Shown: positions 1-12,579 of the stretch, one piece after another | How positions within the stretch are numbered: position 1 is the first letter of the stretch | How the letters are laid out: every line of letters begins with the position of its first letter | Assembly: GCF_963853765.1 (NCBI RefSeq) | Contig: NC_088854.1 | Span: forward strand, 5,828,001-5,892,000 | Source of the DNA: Magallana gigas | Lineage: Eukaryota | Direction of reading: 5' to 3' | Length of the DNA: 64,000 nucleotides | Made by a program: the position numbers and the translations under genes | The notes under the pieces: model-generated | Database searches by the model: none | What the model was told of the DNA's origin: nothing | What the model saw: the letters and a program-made list of their open reading frames with translations, nothing else

Positions 1-1213
1 TGTTTTTACCTATTATTCCCCACTTCCTAATTTTCTCACCTTTTGCACAGGTCATTACTAATTCTCACCTTATTATCAACAGTTTACACGGCTGTTAAAA
101 GTATTTGTTTTGAACAGAGAAAAATTCCCATTAAACGTTCCCTTCCTCGTTGTATATACATATCCCATTACAAACAATAAATGAACCGGACGGAAGTCAA
201 TGTGCTCTAAAAACAGCATTTTTCACATAATTTTTATCTGCTTTTGATAACACCCTCGAGTCAACATCTGCGCCAACAAGAAATATTAAAGTTGAAGAAC
301 TTCGACATCGGGCGACATAACAGGGCTTTCCTGTCACCTCGAGGCAAATACTCTGGTATGTCGCCCTCAAAGCCATGTAATATATGTATATTATAGACCT
401 TGCTATACTAAAGTTAGAGAGTTAATAGACCTTATTTTACTAAAACAGATTTGCATGACTTGTTTTGGCACGTGCGACATTGTGACGCCATAATAGTGAA
501 ATCAACACCTATACATTATAATTTATAATATGTAGGTGAACTTAAAAAAAGATAAACTTATAAGATAGACTTAATGTTTTTGATTAAAAATAAATTGAAA
601 AGTATTTCATTAAAATGTTCTGGCTTTTCCCTCCTAAAGCTTACGCATAATTGAGCTCCATAACATCTTAGGCAAATCAAATGTGACTTGCTCAATGTCA
701 ATTAGATAACTGTCCGTGTCCTATCAATTTTCAAAGATTATTGCTTATAAAAACAAACGCCTTGTGATAATTATTGATATTATTATTTTTTTGATTATGC
801 AATCAACTAATCCAATAATGATTAGAAGAAACACAGATTGTTCACAAGTACATGTCTGCCTAAGTAAATAAAAAGAGATCAATTATTAGCCGCTTCAAAA
901 ATCCACCAGGGACACCATATTAAAAGAGTGTAATTAATGGATCAAACATGTCGAAGAAAGAAAGCTGTTTTTTTTTTTACATTCGTAGCCCAAAAATTAC
1001 CGCGATGATAAAAAATAATAAAAGATTTTAATATTTTTGAAATTGTATTAACTTTATTACGAGTTATCGACTAATAAAATTTTAGTCGATGATCGGTGTG
1101 ACCGAGCGATAGTCGAGTACTAATTATAAAAAAAATATTTTAATATTATACGCTTGAAGAGAATGAAGAAAATTATATTTTGATTTATTATAATAAAACA
1201 GTTATAGCCATTT

Positions 1214-1318
1214 GATATTGGTCAATACATGGTTTTACAGACCTGATGAAAGTATATCAACCTCGGACTTGGTCGATATACTCTCATCAGAACTATAAAA
1301 TCATGTATTGATCGCATC
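1214..1318. repeat. Imperfect ~105-bp fold-back palindrome centred on CCTCGGACTTGG
   Basis: TCAATACATGGTTTTACAGACCTGATGAAAGTATATCAACC is mirrored by GGTCGATATACTCTCATCAGAACTATAAAATCATGTATTGA. Confidence 0.8.
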
Positions 1319-1412
1319 AAAAAGCTATAATTGTATATTATTATAATGAGGTGTATCAATATATTTATTCCCCGGGAGACTTGACTTTTTTAGCTCTTTT
1401 ACCTGACTGTCA

Positions 1413-2155
1413 ATAAGCATTGAATCATTATTTTTTGAAAGATATAGTTTCATAACTGCAGCGGTGTGTGAATACAAATTGAGTACGCGCGTTATGAAAA
1501 TTGTATGCACACAACTCTGCACGTATGAGATTATATCTTTCAAAAAATAATGATTCAATGCTTATGTACTTCCGGTTCATCAAATATCCGCCCCATATGA
1601 GCAGAAATATACATCATTTAAACTTGTTAGGGAACCAGTTTCAGGGGTTTACACACATAGTTGCACGGGCTATTTTGAAAATAAAGTATGCGCTATTGTG
1701 AATCTAAGGTGCGGGTTGCTTACGTACATCATTGCAGGGGCTGCCACGCAGTGATAAGGATTTTCAGCACCTAACCAGAAGTTGAAATATAGAAAAATCA
1801 AATCGATTCTTTCTAACTAAGCTTGCACAAAGAATATTTCATTTAGAATCAAGCTAGGTTAGCGCTTTTCAGTACTATCAGTACTTTGATTTAACTTCTT
1901 GTCTGCAAATGTGATTTATACGTAAAAATTCCTGTTTTATGCTAAGGGTATGTTCAAATTAATGGAAGAGCCATTGTAACAGTCTCCAGCGTGAGCTTTA
2001 ATTTTCGCTTGTGACGTAGCACTTTACAGCATCTAACGTTTGTGACGTCATAATAAAACACGTCATTTTAACTTTTCAGTTCCCTGTTTTTTGTTACAGT
2101 GTTATAACTGCAGTAGCTTTCCACACACTTAAAATAATGTAGAATGTAAATATGA
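1413..2155. mobile_element. Non-autonomous repeat, copy 1: 153-bp palindrome (1413-1565) plus a conserved flank (~1895-2155), separated by unrelated sequence
   Basis: ATAAGCATTGAATCATTATTTTTTGAAAGATATA ... TATATCTTTCAAAAAATAATGATTCAATGCTTAT arms with centre TACGCGCGTTA; the flank matches 2370-2635. Confidence 0.7.
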
Positions 2156-2183
2156 CCAAATGATTCAGATAACGTGTATTAAT

Positions 2184-2720
2184 TAAGCATTAAATCATTA
2201 TTTTTTGAAAGATATAGTCTCATAACTGCAGCGGTGTATGCATACAAATTGAGTAACGCGCGCAAGCGCGTTATGAAAATTTGTATGCACACACCGCTGC
2301 AGTTATGAGACTATATCTTTCAAAAAACAATGATTTAATACTTATATTTACATTTTTTTAACATCTTGCCTTGTCTGCAAATGTGATTTATACGTCAAAA
2401 TTTCTGTTTTATCCTAAGGGTAAGTTAAAAAAATTTGGAAGAGCCACTGTAACAGCCACAAGCGTGAACTTTGATTCTCGCTTGTGACGTTGCATTTTAC
2501 AGCGTTCAACGTTTGTGACGTCATAATAAAACTAGTCATTCTAACCTTTGAGTACCCTGTGTGTGTTACGGTCTTATAACTACAGTGTCTTTTCACACAC
2601 TTTACATGCAAAAAATATTTGGAATGTAAATATATAGCATTGAATGATTTATTTTTGACGTCGTGGTGACAATAACTGCCGTCAGGTGAGCAGACAATTT
2701 GAATAACGCGCCTTAGCGCA
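2184..2720. mobile_element. Non-autonomous repeat, copy 2: 161-bp palindrome (2184-2344) plus conserved flank
   Basis: Near-perfect arms with centre TAACGCGC-GCAA-GCGCGTTA (2254-2273). Further copies at ~9875-10002 and ~39858-40040. Confidence 0.75.
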
Positions 2721-3332
2721 ATATGGCAATATGTCTGTTCACATGGCGGTAGTTATTGTCATGATGCTGCTTTTTGCAGCAGGCACTTTTCTTAACTTTA
2801 CATATACATGTATAATAAATGGAAATAGCTTGGATTTCCCTCCCTCTCCACTTTTGTTCGAAGATGTAATAAATGAAACTGAAAAAGGAACCCTTCAGGC
2901 TTTATGGGATTTGATCACGTGACCAACCAGTATTAATATCCCGATATACATCCAAAAAAAGATACCTTATTTCTTATAGTTACATTCTTTGCAAATTATG
3001 ACAAAAACAATGCTCCGTACTTTTTCATTTCTGATGACCTAGAAAGCCGCTTCAATTAAGGGTGTTGTTTACTCAGGGTTGGAAGTCTCAAATTCGGATT
3101 GTTATAAAGTTCAATTTCATGAGTAAAATTTGTTCTAAACACAAAAAGTAATTATGAAATGAATTATTATTGACATAACATTTGATATTTCTACTAAAAT
3201 ATGGAATTAGGCTTAAACAAAAATAGACTTTTAGCCAAATAGGGGAAAGTCGGACTAAATTTTGCAGATTTTGTTTTCCGCTCAAACATTTTTATAAGTA
3301 CTCTAATATTAAAAGTTAGGATTTTATATTTT

Positions 3333-4113
3333 TGTTATATATGTGTTTTAATCAATTAATTTGTTATTAAATGTGTTTGTTTCATTACTTTTGAATTACA
3401 GTACAATATGTATATATCTTACTATAATCGTGTCAGGTAAGTAAGTTTTTGATATGACGCGGACGTCATTCATTTGGAGGGGGGAGTATGTTATATATGT
3501 GTTTTAATCAATTAATTTGTTAATAAATGGTATTTCTAACTTTTGAGACTTGCCCTGAGTTTATACATGTATTTGGGTAGTGTTTGGCTTGTCTTGAAGT
3601 TCTATTTTTGGATCTAAACCTGTTTGGGCAGTAAATTTTGGTCAGGTGATTCTGTTGGAGGGAAGTTTCTTATGTTTCTTATGTTCTAGTATTATTTGTT
3701 TAGCCTTTGAAGAAGGAAGGAGGGTTTATTCATTGATTGATAATATTTGTGGAAGTTGGCTGCTCATAAATAGGTTAGTTATTTAAGTACATCTCTCTTA
3801 AACCTTAAAGGCTAAAAAGGTGTTTAATTAACTTTTAAAACAATTATTAAACTTAGTAAATATAATCTAAAATTGTGTTAATTAATTGCTAAGGTATTGA
3901 GAGGCTTTAAATTATAATTCAACTAAGTAAAGTAATGTTTTATATTAATACATGTAAAATACATGTGTTTTACTTTAAAATTATATTGTGTGCAAGATAA
4001 GTGTATGTGTGTGTTTTGTGCATAGAAGAGGGTGTGATCATCACTTTTGATTGCCATTAGTGCGTATGTCCCTGTCCCATTCCTGTCCCTTTAGGATCTA
4101 GGAGGCAAACTCC

Positions 4114-4174
<61 letters not shown>

Positions 4175-4583
4175 ACAAGTATTATTTATGTAATAAGAGC
4201 ATTTTGACAATCTTATTGAAAAGAATTGAAAAGTTATATTTTCTATTTATTTAATTGTCTGAACTATAAATTGGGCATTTGATTTATTTGCACCTCTTAT
4301 AAAAGTAATTCCTGTATATTTACAAGAATAGAATAACGTGATATGTATTTATAAAGTGAAATATTCTTAATGTTTAATGTATTAAATTCTGAGGAAAAGA
4401 TTATATGAATTATGTCCCTTTAATATTACTTTTGGTATTTGTATGTCAGATACTTGATTAAATATTATTTGAGTGACTGTGATAATATGTGTAAATGTGT
4501 TTTATTGAAATCACAGGATTCATAAGATTAAATACATGAGAACCTTACACGCAGCGTTGTGATTCTTAACAACAAGTGCTTCA
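3333..4583 (+). repeat. 5' LTR (~1.25 kb, contains (AT)n at 4116-4171)
   Basis: Starts TGTTATATATGTG with no PPT upstream; first ~260 bp match 5387-5681; ends ...GCTTCA just before the PBS. Confidence 0.75.
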
Positions 4584-4587
4584 AAAT

Positions 4588-4600
4588 TGGCGCCCACGTT
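4588..4600 (+). promoter_or_regulatory. Primer-binding site TGGCGCCCACGTT (tRNA-Lys-like)
   Basis: 4 nt after the LTR CA end; resembles the complement of the tRNA-Lys 3' end (TGGCGCCCAACGT) with one base missing. Confidence 0.7.
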
Positions 4601-5345
4601 TGGACTATGACACTAAAGTGAAAGGAGCTACTATTGATGTAGGGGATAGAGTTTTAGTAAAGAAAGTTGCCTTTGATGGAAAACATAAGATTGCAGACAG
4701 GTGGGAGGATGAGCCCTATTTGGTTATCACAAAACCAAACAAAGACATACCTGTGTACACAGTAAGACGAGAAGATGGGATTGCCAATAGGAAGTACTTG
4801 TGTAGAATTAGACCAAGATGAGAGACCAAGAAAACCTAAACCAGCACCAAGAACAAAAACTAAGCACAGAGATATACCAGAAATGGAGACTTGTACTGGT
4901 ACTTATGATGAGACGTCAGATGGGGAGGTGAACTACTTGGTTCCAAGAACAGACTCTGTCGATGGCTTACAAGATGAAGCCTCAGAGGATGAAACTGTTA
5001 GTACAGTTGACGATGTAGAACCAGACGTTGAAGAAGCTAGTGCAGCAGATGCAGCTGATAGAGAGGAACCAACAGATTTATCAGATTCATCAGAATAATC
5101 GCCAGAGGATAAGAGTCCAAGTCCGAGGCCTCAAAGACGTCGACAACCATCTTATTGGTTGAGATCAGATGAGTACATTACTAAATCTGCAGTTAATCTT
5201 TTGAAGGAAAAGAATCTGGTACCAGATTGGCAGCAGAAAGCTCTGTGTCTAACATAATTATGCAAATCAGGCGCTTTTGAAAATAATAATCCGCAGAGTT
5301 TGCGCGTGTTGATGGATATCGTGTCAGGTAAGTACGTTTTTGATA
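4601..5345 (+). pseudogene. Gypsy pol C-terminus only (post-catalytic integrase region and tail), frameshifted with stops
   Basis: YDTKV..GDRVLVKKVAFDGKHKIADRWEDEPY...DIPVYTV, then acidic linker and RRRQPSYWLRSDEY tail; no gag, protease, RT, RNase H or DDE core. Confidence 0.8.
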
Positions 5346-5366
5346 TGACGCGGACGTCATTCATTT

Positions 5367-5678
5367 GGAGGAGGGGGGGGGGGGTATGTTATATATGTGT
5401 TTTAATCAATTAATTTGTTAATAAATGTGTTTGTTTCATTACTTTTGAATTTCAGTACAATATGTATATATTTTACTATAATCGTGTCAGGTAAGTAAGT
5501 TTTTGATATGACGCGGACGTCATTCATTTGGAGGGGAGAGTGTATGTTATATATGTGTTTTAATCAATTAATTTGTTAATAAATGTGTTTGTTTATTACT
5601 TTTGAATTCAGTATAATATGGTTTTTTAAACTTTTGAGACTTACCCTGAGTTTATACATGTATTTGGGTAGTGTTTGG

Positions 5679-5681
<3 letters not shown>
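5367..5681 (+). repeat. Polypurine tract (5367-5384) and partial 3' LTR (5387-5681)
   Basis: GGAGGAGGGGGGGGGGGG then TA-TGTTATATATGTG identical to the 5' LTR start; similarity ends at GTAGTGTTTGGCTT. Confidence 0.8.
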
Positions 5682-5738
<57 letters not shown>

Positions 5739-6573
5739 AGCCAAACACTACATTTTAGTCTATATAATTTTGCATATTTTCTGTTGGTTTTACCTCACTT
5801 ATTCATTAAAATAATGGTATGGCACGAATTGCATAAATATTGAAAAATGAAAAAAAAAAAAAAAAAAAAAAAACCATAAAAGACACCATATCTCAAAATT
5901 TTGATCATTGACCTTATAGAAATTTTTTGCCAACAGAATAAGGTCTATATGAGTAGTTTAATACTATAAAAGTTTTGAATGAAAAAAAGTATTGAATGTC
6001 CTCAAAACAAGTGAAAGTAGGACATCAGTACCAAAAGCAATGAAATAAGTTTTAAGGACGTTGGATCCTGCAATCAAAAGTCTTAAAGTTTTTTTCTAAA
6101 GTATTTTTCAAAAATCTACACACATAGCCTTACCAAAATTTAAAACAAAATTTTTGGGTCTATATGCTTCATTTGGCGCTAGGGTGTATTTAATATGACC
6201 TTTCTGCACTCAATGTGCATATTGCGCATAAATCGCTTTTCTCTCAATATTTTATTATCGAAATGAACTATGGCATCAAATACAAATTTAAACTATTTAA
6301 AATAAATGAAATTAAAATTATATTAAAGAAATATGTTACAATTTCTTCGCCTAATTGATATTTTGACCTTTTTGCACTGATAAAACGCTGTTTTTATCCA
6401 TTACCGATTCAACATGAAATAAAATTGTTTAAAAGTCTCAAACTTTTTCTTAAATTATGATAAACTTGTCAGAAAAATCTTCAAATTTCAGAAAATAAAG
6501 CCAAAAGTATGTGTCTATTATGTAATAATTGAGATATGGCATGAAATAAGCTAATTTTAGCCAAAAATTTAAA

Positions 6574-6743
6574 TTCATTTTTTCTTAACTTTTATGAAAT
6601 ATAAGTTAAATTTGCCAATATGTGTCGATAGAAATATTAAACAATTGTAAAAATATGTTCATTTTTTCTTAACTTTTATGAAATATAAGTTAAATTTGCC
6701 AATATGTGTCGATAGAAATATTAAAAAATTGTAAAAATATGTT
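6574..6743. repeat. 84-bp tandem duplication
   Basis: TTCATTTTTTCTTAACTTTTATGAAATATAAG... starts at 6574 and again at 6658. Confidence 0.85.
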
Positions 6744-7393
6744 TTTTCAAAACGAAATGAAGATATCCTAATGCACAAACTATCTGGAAATTTTGTTTGT
6801 ACTGAAAATAAGGAAGCTAAAGTGACGGTACTCTAAAACAACCGAGTTATGAAAAATGTTTATTTTCTTCTTTAAAACCTTCCGCCACAAAATATAGTCC
6901 CATAATAAACTCTATAAATATGCAATTTTTCCTTTACTATTTTATTTAAAATAGTTTATAATTGGCATTATAAAATATGAATTTATGAGTAGAATCAATA
7001 AATGATGCATTATTTCCAAAATAGAGGTGAACTAAAATGGCTACCCAAAAACAGAGGAACGAACCTCTTTAAATGAGCAAGAAATAATAGAAATCACATG
7101 CAATATCTTAAGCATATGCAAGTAAACAGGTACATGTATGTACAAGAGAGACGTATTTTGTATAAACACGTACCTCCTGAATGAAAAAGTGAAGAGTTAA
7201 GCACACATGATACACGACAAATACAATAGCACACGTGTTTGACATTGTAGGAACATCTAAGCAAAACATGATTGAATTCTGTACAATATTTATATAAAAA
7301 AAAATTATCATAATTAAATTTTTTGGTAAAATTGGATCAAAAATGGGTAGGGATTTGAAAACTGATAGAGGAAATTTGGACTGGAATATTTTA

Positions 7394-7891
7394 AGGTGGT
7401 CCATCCATAACTATAAAAATTCATATCTAATAGATTGCAAGTTTGATTGCTAAAAAGTGTATTTTTAAGGGGTTTATTTAATGATAAAGATTCATCTTTA
7501 AAATATATATAATTTTAAAAAAATTATCCCATCTTGAAGTTAACATTGAAGTCCATGGGGAAAAGTGCATTTTTAAATATATCTTTATTATACAAATAAT
7601 TTTCGCACAAATCTCTTGGTAAAGAGTTACAAAAGCTTTCCTTTTCTTTGATGGTGCTAAAAAAAACTCCTATTTACCGTAAATATTTTTAATAATTGAA
7701 TTTTTAAAATTTTTTAATGGGGAAGACAACTCTTTAAAAAAGTTCCATGTGCAAAAAGTTCATTTCATCGACTGCATACATATTCCCGAGTTTGGCTTAT
7801 GTCGGCCTCATAATGATTTTAAAATAGATATTAAATATAGTTAATATCAATCAAAATTGATAAATTCACCTCAGTTATGGATGGACTACCT
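7394..7891. mobile_element. MITE-like element with 19-bp TIRs
   Basis: AGGTGGTCCATCCATAACT ... AGTTATGGATGGACTACCT (1 mismatch); TTAA on the left flank only, TSD not clear. Confidence 0.6.
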
Positions 7892-8845
7892 ATTTGGTGC
7901 CACTACCATTCATAAACTGTTTTTTAAAGTGTTTAATTACTTGTAATATTTTCACAATCAAGAAAATCTCAATCGTAGTGTAAAATTTTATGGGTTTTTT
8001 TTTTTTATTTTTCAAAATTTATTCAATTGCCATTAACTCAAAAAGTAGATCATTGACATACTTTTTTGAAAGAGAAGAATAACACTACAATCAAAGGTCT
8101 ATAACATACAATAGATGGCTTTTCATTATCATCAGTGAATTTTTTTTTTCATTTTGAGTAAACGTCATCCTTAAAAGTATATGTGGCGTATTTGGAGTAA
8201 AAGTTTTGACATGAGTTTTAGTAAAAATATACATCATGCTTTTATAATTAGACGTTTCACAAACTCTAGGCCCGTAAAACAGATTCTTTCTTTACTTATT
8301 TGTCTCTACACTTTGTTACACGTCTGATGAATATTAATGTGATTGGCCATTTGTAACGCCACTGCGCATGAGTGCAGGAAAACCTAGTATTGAAAACACG
8401 ATGGAAGAACAGTTTGTTTACAAATTAGAATCACGTTTTTCATGTCTTAAATCAGATGATACTCGAAGCATTACTTTACCGTTATCCATTAATGTAGAAC
8501 GATATAAATTGCTAATTATGTCTAATAAACATGATAAAGACGAACCACATTTTTAGCATCAACGACACGGTAAAATGAGTGAATACCTCTCTCCTGAGGG
8601 ATGCGTGTACTGAGAGTGTTTATTTATTCAAAAATTTCTCTAAACGAAAATCCACTCGTGGTTCATAACTTATAAAGTAAAGACATGGAACACATGGAGC
8701 ACGTACGAACCTGACTAGCAAAACCCCTACAACTTCATGATAAAAACTTAAGTTTAATTCGGTTTTAATTCCTAGTCTCCGATGACAATCTTCCCTTTGT
8801 TCCTATCCTTGTCAGTCTGTCTCTTTTTTCTTTCTTGGCCAAATC

Positions 8846-9653
8846 TATGGAATGCCATAGCTGACTTAAGATCAATTTCATATTATATGAATTGGTAAAT
8901 TTTTTATCTGCAATAGTAATATCATTATATGCAGTGCTAACATCATTATATGCAGTGCTAACATCATTATATGCAGTGCTAACATCATTATATGCAGTGC
9001 TAACATCATTATATACTATTATTTCACCATTATATTCAGGGGTAAAATCTTTATATGAAGTGGTAACATTATTACGTTAAGTCGTAAGATCATTATGTGC
9101 AGTAGTTTATTCATTATATGCTATGAATAAATCTTTATATGATATGATAAACTCATTTCATACAGAGCTAAACTCATAATGAACTATTGTTCAATCGTTA
9201 TGTTATATGTACACTCTTCATGTGCAGTTGCAAAATCCTTTTATGCAGTGCAACTTCTTGATATTAGGTGATAAGTTCATTATATGCAGTACTAACATCA
9301 TGTTATGGTGTATTAAAACCATTATGTATGGTGGTAAAACCTCTATGTATTGTGGTGAAAGCTTTACATGCAATTGTAAATCCTTTATATGATGTGACAA
9401 TTTTATAATATGCCGTTGTTGAGTCATTATATTATGAGGTCAGTTCTTTACATGATGTGATCATTTCATTATATGGAGTGGTAACTTCTTTATATGCAGT
9501 CGTAACTCTTTATGATGAGGTTGTAAACTGGTTCTCGCTGAAAAGTTTTAATGCTGAAAAGTTTTAATGGGGAGGAGGTCTAGTTTTATTTTGATAAAGA
9601 TGCCGATTTAATTGTGACGATGCACATTTCCTGGTCAACTTGTTGTTTGTTTT

Positions 9654-9720
<67 letters not shown>

Positions 9721-12506
9721 CTCTGTTCTTGATACATCGATGTGTGATAAATCGAATGAATTTTTAGTAGAGTACGCGTTTAATTTTAGAAGTAAAATAA
9801 ATTTCAAAAAATGATTGTACTTTGTAGAAATTTAATACCCCCCTCTACTTCTAGATCTTTGTAGAAATTTAATTATGCATTGAATCATTATTTTTTAAAA
9901 GTTACAGTCTCATAACTGCAGTGGTGTGTGCATACCAATTGATAAACGCGCGTTAGCTATGAGACTATAATTATCTTTGAAGAAATAATGGTTTAATGCT
10001 TATATTTACATTTTTTAAACTTCTTGCCTTGTCTGCAAACTGTCCCCACTTTTTCTCGCAGGAAAGAGTATTGTTCCTAAATTTACTTTGAAAGATTGAG
10101 AAGTGGGATTCAGAGCTCCCCCCCCCCCCCACGAATTAGGAATTTCATGATTTTGGATTTCCTGATTTCCTGATTCATGATTCCCCCCCCCCCCCCCCCC
10201 ACGGATTTTGGAAATTACTTTTTTCTCAATATTTCTGAGGATTAGTCTAGCCCCCCACTTTCAATTTGCTTCCGACGCCAGTGTACTATCATCTATCTAC
10301 TGTGTTGGTAGTAGTGCCGCCGGGATTTCAGAAAGATGCAGACGTTATGCACTCTGTATGAACGACACACGTGTTCGATGTGCATGCAAAGTAGGGCAGC
10401 ACTATCTGTGCAAATTGGTACGGAAACCTGGAAAATTCTTTCAAAGAATAATATTTTGTGTTTTATTGATTGAAGTTGCCTTTATTCGTTATTATACAAT
10501 TATTTAATGCTGTCAATAGAACCGAATATTTTTCCGAAGGTGCAGGGAACAGCTAAGTATGATCTATTGCCCTCGGGCAATAGATCATACTACATACTTA
10601 GCTGTTCCCTGCATCAAGGGAAAAAATTCGGGTCTATTGACTGCATGCTCAAGCATTAAATAATTATTCCGATATGTGATTCCCATAATTAACCAATATG
10701 TATAATTCCCGTAATTAACCAATGTGTATATACTGGTATATACCGATAAGTGGTTCCTGTAATTAGCCGATTTGTATATAAAGATTATGTGATTTTTCAT
10801 AGACGTATTTTTTATGCATGAATTGCCGATGGTTTGATACATCGCGAAGAAACAACTTTGTTATACAGACACCGGATGACAAACCCATACAATATCAAGT
10901 ATATATACCGACACCAAGAACAGACTAGCTCAAGAATACTTTAAATATTCACATAAAAACTTGTGGGTCATTATAATCCACCATAACAAAATGCTTTTAA
11001 ATATTCATGCACATACCACAGGTCTTTAAGTCGCCCCCCCCCCCGCCCCCCCCCCCCCTCGTTATTTACTTATTCATAAATAGATGAGGCATATATATAA
11101 CTTTACACATTTGATGGCTTAATTATTGATAGAAATTAAGAGGCGCTTCAATAAGGCATTTTCTTATTTGTCTACTAGTTTCTATTAGTAGCAGTCAGCG
11201 GTCATTTGTTCAAAGTTAAGTTAATAATTATTATATGTTATTTTGAAACTATGTACAAACACAGATCGAAGGAAAATGATTTCGTACCTTTTACTTTGTT
11301 GAGAAATATCTTCAATGCCGCTATCCTTCTTTACACTCGTCATGAAATTTGATTGCCTTTTATATGTATATTTGTAAATCAATATGTACATCTGTGGTCA
11401 TAGTATATGTGGTTCATAGCATCGGAAATTGAACACAATTTTGTGCACAATTACATAATGCACTATCTCAATTTTGTTTTTCACTGCACAGATGGCATCA
11501 TGTGTCACAAATTCAAGACCTTGATATAATCTACTGCATGCATGCTTACATTCAACCTACGCAAAAGACTAAAAAATAAGATACCGCGCGTGTACCATTT
11601 ATATTTTCGACTGGGAGGTTTGATGTATCTTAATTCTCAACTATGCAGAGTATAGAATTAACCTATTAATCGAGTATTTAAAAATTAAAGTTTTGCCGAA
11701 ACATGTTCTTTTCTATAATCCATTCTCTCCAAAAGATTTTATAATTTTATATACCTGATATATAAGCGGTGATCATGCCAATCTTTGAAACAAAATTCGG
11801 ATATGCCATGAAACCAGTCACATTTTTCAGTGAAACCATTTTACAATTTGTTTAATGCATGAGGGTCTTGAACGGGGGTGGGGGTGGGTCGCGGGGTGGA
11901 CCCCGCCCCAGAAAAATTAAAATTTCCATGACATTTGCCTCGGACCCACCTCCCCCCACCCCTTCGGCAAACTTCAGTATTCATCGCACCCCCCCTCCCC
12001 CCTTGAAAATTTTGTATTGATCCGCGTATAAAATGGTCCTATAAAAATGATATGAAGATATCTGCAACAGCTTTATGGAAAATAGCACAGGACGTACTGC
12101 AACACCTTCTTTGTAGGATTTAAAATACAAAAATACATGCCCGGTGAGCTTTAATTTTATACAGTGGATGAAACAACCATACAAAGAGGTTAAGACCAAC
12201 CAATTTCATTATTATTTCTTAAAAATCAAATTAATTTTAAGAAAAATGAAAAATAATTTTTATTTATGTCTATGAATAAAAAACTGTCTATTCCTTTTGT
12301 GTTGGAGGCATTATTCAGCGAGGAGTAGCATCTACCTGGTACATCGAAACAAAGGTCTTTCGACTTTGATTTTAAAACGTTTGCTTCATTTTTTGTATTT
12401 TCTTTTACGCTTAAATTAAAAGCATACTCTACTAATAATACATTCGATTTTTCACACAAAATGGGTTTAATGATTGATATTATGATATCGATGTTAAAGG
12501 ACAGAT

Positions 12507-12579
<73 letters not shown>

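Larger units (their letters stand above)
3333..5751 (+). mobile_element. Internally deleted Gypsy (Ty3/Metaviridae) LTR retrotransposon with truncated 3' LTR
   Basis: TGT-start LTR at 3333 repeated at 5387; CA end at 4583 followed by a TGGCGCCC PBS; integrase C-terminal residues; polypurine tract before the 3' LTR. Confidence 0.85.

Noticed and set aside
5583-5843. Hydrophobic ORF with YIYIYI; also SLSLSL ORFs at 9586-9807 and 28951-29136
   Set aside because: Microsatellite translations.
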